Source of the DNA: Candidatus Scalinduaceae bacterium
Lineage (GTDB): Bacteria > Planctomycetota > Brocadiia > Brocadiales > Scalinduaceae
Reading direction: 5' to 3'
Assembly (NCBI GenBank): GCA_046759445.1
Contig: JBHICG010000070.1
Span: forward strand, 1-17,418
DNA: 17,418 nucleotides
Position 1 is the first letter of the stretch. Every line of letters starts with the position of its first letter. The position numbers and the translations under genes are program-made. This document shows positions 13,531 through 17,418 of this stretch, in pieces. The notes under the pieces are model-generated. The model had not been told where the DNA came from and did not search any database. It was given only the letters and a program-made list of their open reading frames with translations.

Positions 13531-16368
13531 TTATTCTAATACCCTCAAACCACCAATAATTCCTTGTAGAAAACTGTCAACATCTTGAGGCTTTGGCCTT
13601 TTGAAAGCAACTTTGGGGTTGTCTATTGTACCCGTAATTACTATTGGTAATTTTGAACCCTTGCCCAACTCGCCAAGTATCTTTCCGACATCTCCACCAA
13701 TATATTTTCCCAAAACCTCAGCGTCAACTGTATATTCTATTTGCCCATCGAATGAAGTCCACCCTGATAAACCGATGTCAAAATCTTCACTATTTACCTT
13801 TATGGCATCGGCAAATACCTTCTCATCATCAATCCTGAACGGAGTGGTAATGTCATCAAATTTGTACTCTTCTTTCTTGAGTATCCTGGATATAATCTTA
13901 TCCCCTTTTATATAACCGTTTTTAATATTAATCTCCCCCACGGCATTAAGGCTCTTGCTCAAATCATCCTGCCAGTTCAGTCCCTTGCCCTGAGCAGTAA
14001 TAGCCATATTAAGTATGCCTGACATTTGACCGTTAGAAGCTGAAAGGATAGGTATTGCATATGCGAGTATATCCATTTTTTGATCAATACGCACGTCTGA
14101 TAAATTCAGGCTAAAATCTAAAGCGGGCTTTTCGTCTTTAAGATTCGCCTTTGCAGACATCTTACCGCGACCCTCATTCAGTTTGAAGACAAAATCCTTT
14201 GTCGTAAAAAGGCCGTCATCCAGGCGTAGCTTAGATTTAAGGTCTGTTACTTTATATGAATCATATTCAACTGTATCTATTGAAACATTCCCATTAAGAT
14301 TTACACCTTCATACAAATTATCTTTTGCTGAGAGTTTACCCTTAAGGCCTAAACCGACCATACCCTTTCCTCCCATACTCATGTTCGCTGGCAACATCTC
14401 AGCAAATACAACTGCTAGATCATCTAAATCCGTATTCAAGGAAAGTTCATAATCAATGTTCTTTTCATTGTTTAAGTTTGCTATTTTTCCTTTAGAACTC
14501 ATATCTAGAAATTCTGACACTATGTCCATCTGCTCTATATTGACATAATCTTTGGCCTTGTCATAATCCAGTGTGTGAATAAATTTAAGGTCAAGGTTGG
14601 AAATCCTGGCATTTTTAAGAGGTCCACCTGTTGCGTTTATGCCATACAAAATGGTTTTCCCGCTTAGTTTTATTTCTTTCTCGATGTTACCTTGTGCATT
14701 GACTTCTCCAGCAACTTTGCCACTAACAATTAACCCTTGAGGGAATAACACAATGCCTTGCAGGTTATGCATGAGTTTGTTAATGTCAGAAGCTGCCAAA
14801 AACACATCTAAGTCGATTTCTTTATTCCCATTAAGGTCACCAGAAGACACAATTTCTGCAAAGCTTGTGTATATGCTGAATTTCTTTATTGTGAGACTGT
14901 TATCTTGTAAGTTAAATCCGGTATTATGAACAATCTGAATCTCTGGCTCTGATATAGGACCTAAGGAACCACTCTTTACCAAAAGGTCTTTTAAATCTGT
15001 TTTGCCTTCTATTTCTATGCTATTTTCCTGACCCTGTATTTTTATCTTTGATTGCATCTTTCCTGCAACTTCTGTATCTTCAGGTAGCAGTCCACCAATC
15101 TCAGACATTAGCTTTGTTATATCGCAATTTAAGAAGAATCTAAGATCCAGGTTTCTTGCATTTCTAAAATCCGTAACCATGCCCGCAAGTCCCATGTCCG
15201 CAGAACTTGATTCTATACTAATTCTATGTATGGTGACCTTATCGTCAACCATGTCTATATCTGCATTTTGAAGCAACCTAATCTTTGGCTCTCTTATGGG
15301 CTTATGCTCAAGTGGTCCACCTGAGATGTTGAGTTCTACTACCTCTGTATTACCATCTACTTCTATCATCTTATCAAGCTGTCCCTTGGCCGTAACCTTT
15401 GAATTAATAACTCCTTCCATCTGCATTCCCTCTGGCAAACCCAAGATTCCTCCAAGTTTTTTGGTGAATTCCTTTAAATCCAAATTCAATAGGAAGTCAA
15501 GGCCTGTGCCACCTTCACCCCTAAATCTTGCCATATCAAAATCTGCTGCCATTCGTGCAAAGCCGGTTTTTACGCTTAATGTACCTCTGACATCAAGAGG
15601 ATTAACCTTGCCATCTTTAGCCAATAAAACGTTCAGAGAAATATCCGTCTGGTCAGTTTCTTCTTTTGCTTCGATATTGAAAGTGCACATAAACTCAATT
15701 GGTTTATCCAGAGACTCAATTCTTAATCTGGTATCAAGGTCTCTTATTATGGTTTCTTCACTTAATCGGTGGTCAACGAATACGAATTCTCCATTGATGA
15801 TACTTGCATTTAATTCAATATCAAATAAAAGTGGAAGAAACAAGGGAGAGTATTCCATCTTCTCAACAGGTTTTTCAACAACCACAGGGACATGTTCCTC
15901 CGCTGTTTCAGATTGCGGAATTACTTCAACGGGTTTGCCCATATCTTCATAGTTAAACACACCTTCCTCGTCTCTCTGGAAAACGATTACGGGGCTATCA
16001 ACTATCAGGTTTCTTATCTTGATTTGTTTCTTTATGAGTGGCAAGAACTCGATATCACAGAGGATTCTGTTTACCTTAACAAACGTATCCCCCGGAAGAC
16101 CATCTCTCTCCTTAATAGACAAATTTTTTATACCAAAGCCGCTCAACCAGCCCATACTTATGTCATCTATCTGTACCTCACGGTTCAGGTTTGTTTTTAG
16201 AATATTTTCGATATTGCCTTTTACTATTTTGGAAGAGATAATGGTTGGAAGTAGAAGGATTACTATTGCGAGAAATATGATTACACCACCTAAAGATATT
16301 CCTACTATCTTTGGCCATCTTCTCTTGTGTGTTTTTACTGTTCCGAAGTTTATGTTTTTCTCTGGCAT
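13531..16368 (-). CDS. AsmA-like / DUF748 family envelope protein with internal repeats
   Basis: N-terminal TM anchor, then LNREVQIDDISMGW...LPLIKKQIKIRNLIVDSP....R...G.FNYED (AsmA N-terminus). Beta-rich body and C-terminal LPIVITGTIDNPKV. Confidence 0.8.
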   Translation of the reverse strand: MPEKNINFGTVKTHKRRWPKIVGISLGGVIIFLAIVILLLPTIISSKIVKGNIENILKTNLNREVQIDDISMGWLSGFGIKNLSIKERDGLPGDTFVKVNRILCDIEFLPLIKKQIKIRNLIVDSPVIVFQRDEEGVFNYEDMGKPVEVIPQSETAEEHVPVVVEKPVEKMEYSPLFLPLLFDIELNASIINGEFVFVDHRLSEETIIRDLDTRLRIESLDKPIEFMCTFNIEAKEETDQTDISLNVLLAKDGKVNPLDVRGTLSVKTGFARMAADFDMARFRGEGGTGLDFLLNLDLKEFTKKLGGILGLPEGMQMEGVINSKVTAKGQLDKMIEVDGNTEVVELNISGGPLEHKPIREPKIRLLQNADIDMVDDKVTIHRISIESSSADMGLAGMVTDFRNARNLDLRFFLNCDITKLMSEIGGLLPEDTEVAGKMQSKIKIQGQENSIEIEGKTDLKDLLVKSGSLGPISEPEIQIVHNTGFNLQDNSLTIKKFSIYTSFAEIVSSGDLNGNKEIDLDVFLAASDINKLMHNLQGIVLFPQGLIVSGKVAGEVNAQGNIEKEIKLSGKTILYGINATGGPLKNARISNLDLKFIHTLDYDKAKDYVNIEQMDIVSEFLDMSSKGKIANLNNEKNIDYELSLNTDLDDLAVVFAEMLPANMSMGGKGMVGLGLKGKLSAKDNLYEGVNLNGNVSIDTVEYDSYKVTDLKSKLRLDDGLFTTKDFVFKLNEGRGKMSAKANLKDEKPALDFSLNLSDVRIDQKMDILAYAIPILSASNGQMSGILNMAITAQGKGLNWQDDLSKSLNAVGEINIKNGYIKGDKIISRILKKEEYKFDDITTPFRIDDEKVFADAIKVNSEDFDIGLSGWTSFDGQIEYTVDAEVLGKYIGGDVGKILGELGKGSKLPIVITGTIDNPKVAFKRPKPQDVDSFLQGIIGGLRVLE

Positions 16369-16414
16369 AATCTTTCTTATAAGAATTGTATTTATGAAGA
16401 GTTACATAAACTTT

Positions 16415-16443
16415 AGTTTATTTTGATACTTAGATGATGTCAA
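16415..16443 (-). promoter_or_regulatory. Candidate sigma-70 promoter of the asmA-cvpA-recA unit
   Basis: Minus strand TTGACA-N17-TAAACT, 47 nt upstream of the ATG at 16368. Confidence 0.55.
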
Positions 16444-16687
16444 GGCAATTCCAACAATTCCAATTCCAAAAGATTATATTTACTCGACAATAGTTAACAT
16501 TTTGCTAAAAGTGTTGAAAAAATACGTATTGAATCATCCTTCCACAAAATTGTGTAATGAATCAGGCACATAAATATTAACATAATTGACAGAAATTATC
16601 CTGTTGTCCTGTCAAAGAATATTCATTTAAATAGATGATTATTAAGGCTTACACAAATATATAGAACAAGATAAAGACCATATAAGG

Positions 16688-16825
16688 GTGGAAGTATTTC
16701 ATCAACCCATCTCGGTTTTCTGTGATCATGTTAGTGATAAGAAAGAGTTTCTTGGTCCATTTGCCATCAAAAAAGCAGGAAACAATATCAGCTATTGTCC
16801 CTGGTGTCAAAGCGATACAGAGTGA
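16688..16825 (+). CDS. Possible small zinc-binding protein (45 aa from GTG, or frameshifted from ATG 16635)
   Basis: Manual translation gives (M)EVFHQPISVFCDHVSDKKEFLGPFAIKKAGNNISYCPWCQSDTE*, with CxH and CPWC motifs. Confidence 0.35.
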   Translation: MEVFHQPISVFCDHVSDKKEFLGPFAIKKAGNNISYCPWCQSDTE

Positions 16826-16915
16826 TGCGCTGGGCAGGATATTTTAGCCTGAATTGAGCAATTTGAAATAGGTTTGGTTTTGCGATGCAAATCCAAACAA
16901 CTTAACCTTTCTCTA

Positions 16916-16988
16916 TCATTCCCGAAAAAGCGGGAATCTAGAAGTATCATAACAAAGTCAATTAGATTCCCATTTTCATGGGAATGAC
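16916..16988. repeat. Paired dRS3-like palindromes ATTCCC-N8-GGGAAT forming a large inverted repeat
   Basis: ATTCCC-GAAAAAGC-GGGAAT (16918-37) and ATTCCC-ATTTTCAT-GGGAAT (16966-85). Outer ends TCATTCCC/GGGAATGA and inner GGGAATCTA/TAGATTCCC are complementary. Confidence 0.8.
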
Positions 16989-17035
16989 ATAAGGGCAACA
17001 TTGAAATTCCTAGATTCTAAAGTAAATTAAAATTC

Positions 17036-17416
17036 TTATATATAACCAAGCCTTTTAATTGCCTCCATCTTCTCGCGATTGCCCATCTTGGCTTTCGCAA
17101 TAGCTTCCTTTAGTATTTCAATTGAAGTGTCGTAGTTTTTTCTATCAACTGGATATGGATGTCCATCCTTTCCACCATGTGCAAAGCTATATCGTGCGGG
17201 GTCTTCAAAACTGGGTTTATGTCCATAAATAAGCTCGGAGATCAGTGATAAGGCACGTATTGTCTTTTGACCTACTCCCCGCATACCTAAAAGTCCCTCA
17301 AAGTCTTCAGGTGCCCTATAGCACAGCTTGGTAAATATCCTATATAAATGGTTTGAGTTAAGGTCACTCGGAAGGATTGGATGATGCGATGGAAGTTTAA
17401 GTGTTTGAATCTTTTT
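17036..17416 (-). CDS. DUF763 family protein, 3' part (5' end outside window)
   Basis: The frame is open to the window edge (KKIQTLKLPSHHP...PEDFEGLLGMRGVGQKTIRAL). Motifs ELIYG..PSFEDPARYSFAHGGKDGHPYPVDR. Confidence 0.85.
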   Translation of the reverse strand, partial: KKIQTLKLPSHHPILPSDLNSNHLYRIFTKLCYRAPEDFEGLLGMRGVGQKTIRALSLISELIYGHKPSFEDPARYSFAHGGKDGHPYPVDRKNYDTSIEILKEAIAKAKMGNREKMEAIKRLGYI

Positions 17417-17418
17417 TA

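Noticed and set aside
588..16426. Numerous plus-strand ORFs antisense to long genes (e.g. 2445-2885, 5107-5550, 15296-15952) and minus ORFs 2432-2641 and 9972-10190
   Set aside because: They are shadow frames overlapping well-supported genes and have no recognisable motifs.
16446..16469. CAATTCCAA tandem repeat as a CRISPR remnant
   Set aside because: Only about 2.7 adjacent short units, with no spacers and no cas genes.
16823..16852. Selenocysteine read-through at TGA 16823 (TGA-TGC, extending to TGA 16850)
   Set aside because: No convincing SECIS-like hairpin follows and the extension is only 8 residues.
16807..17001. 64-aa minus-strand ORF from the track
   Set aside because: It runs through the dRS3-like repeat (CHSHENGNL / LDSRFFGND are translations of the palindrome) and has no other coding signal.

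Overview
AT-rich bacterial chromosomal window with almost all genes on the minus strand. The gene set (ahbC, FGE-domain lipoprotein, GltD/DsrL-like Fe-S flavoprotein) fits an anaerobe, possibly an anammox planctomycete, but this is inference only. The right part is mostly housekeeping: partial DUF763, asmA-like/cvpA/recA, ahbC, a class V aminotransferase, trpC and a stand-alone NAD(P)H Fe-S flavoprotein. The left part (416-6048) is the most interesting. It is a co-oriented cluster encoding a DUF423-like membrane protein (HHH and CxC motifs), a cysteine desulfurase with a Cys-rich tail, a variant FmdE zinc-finger protein, a non-catalytic FGE-domain lipoprotein, a MobB with an inserted Fe-S domain and a HAD hydrolase. 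It is preceded by a sigma-54 -24/-12 motif and a TGACA-N3-TGTCA candidate enhancer site, and may be an uncharacterised regulated sulfur-relay or Mo/W-cofactor maturation module. The intergenic gaps hold several distinct, partly nested miniature palindromic repeats, including two dRS3-like ATTCCC-N8-GGGAAT units. A small uncalled CxH...CPWC ORF lies near 16.7 kb. No CRISPR array, rRNA, tRNA or transposase was seen.
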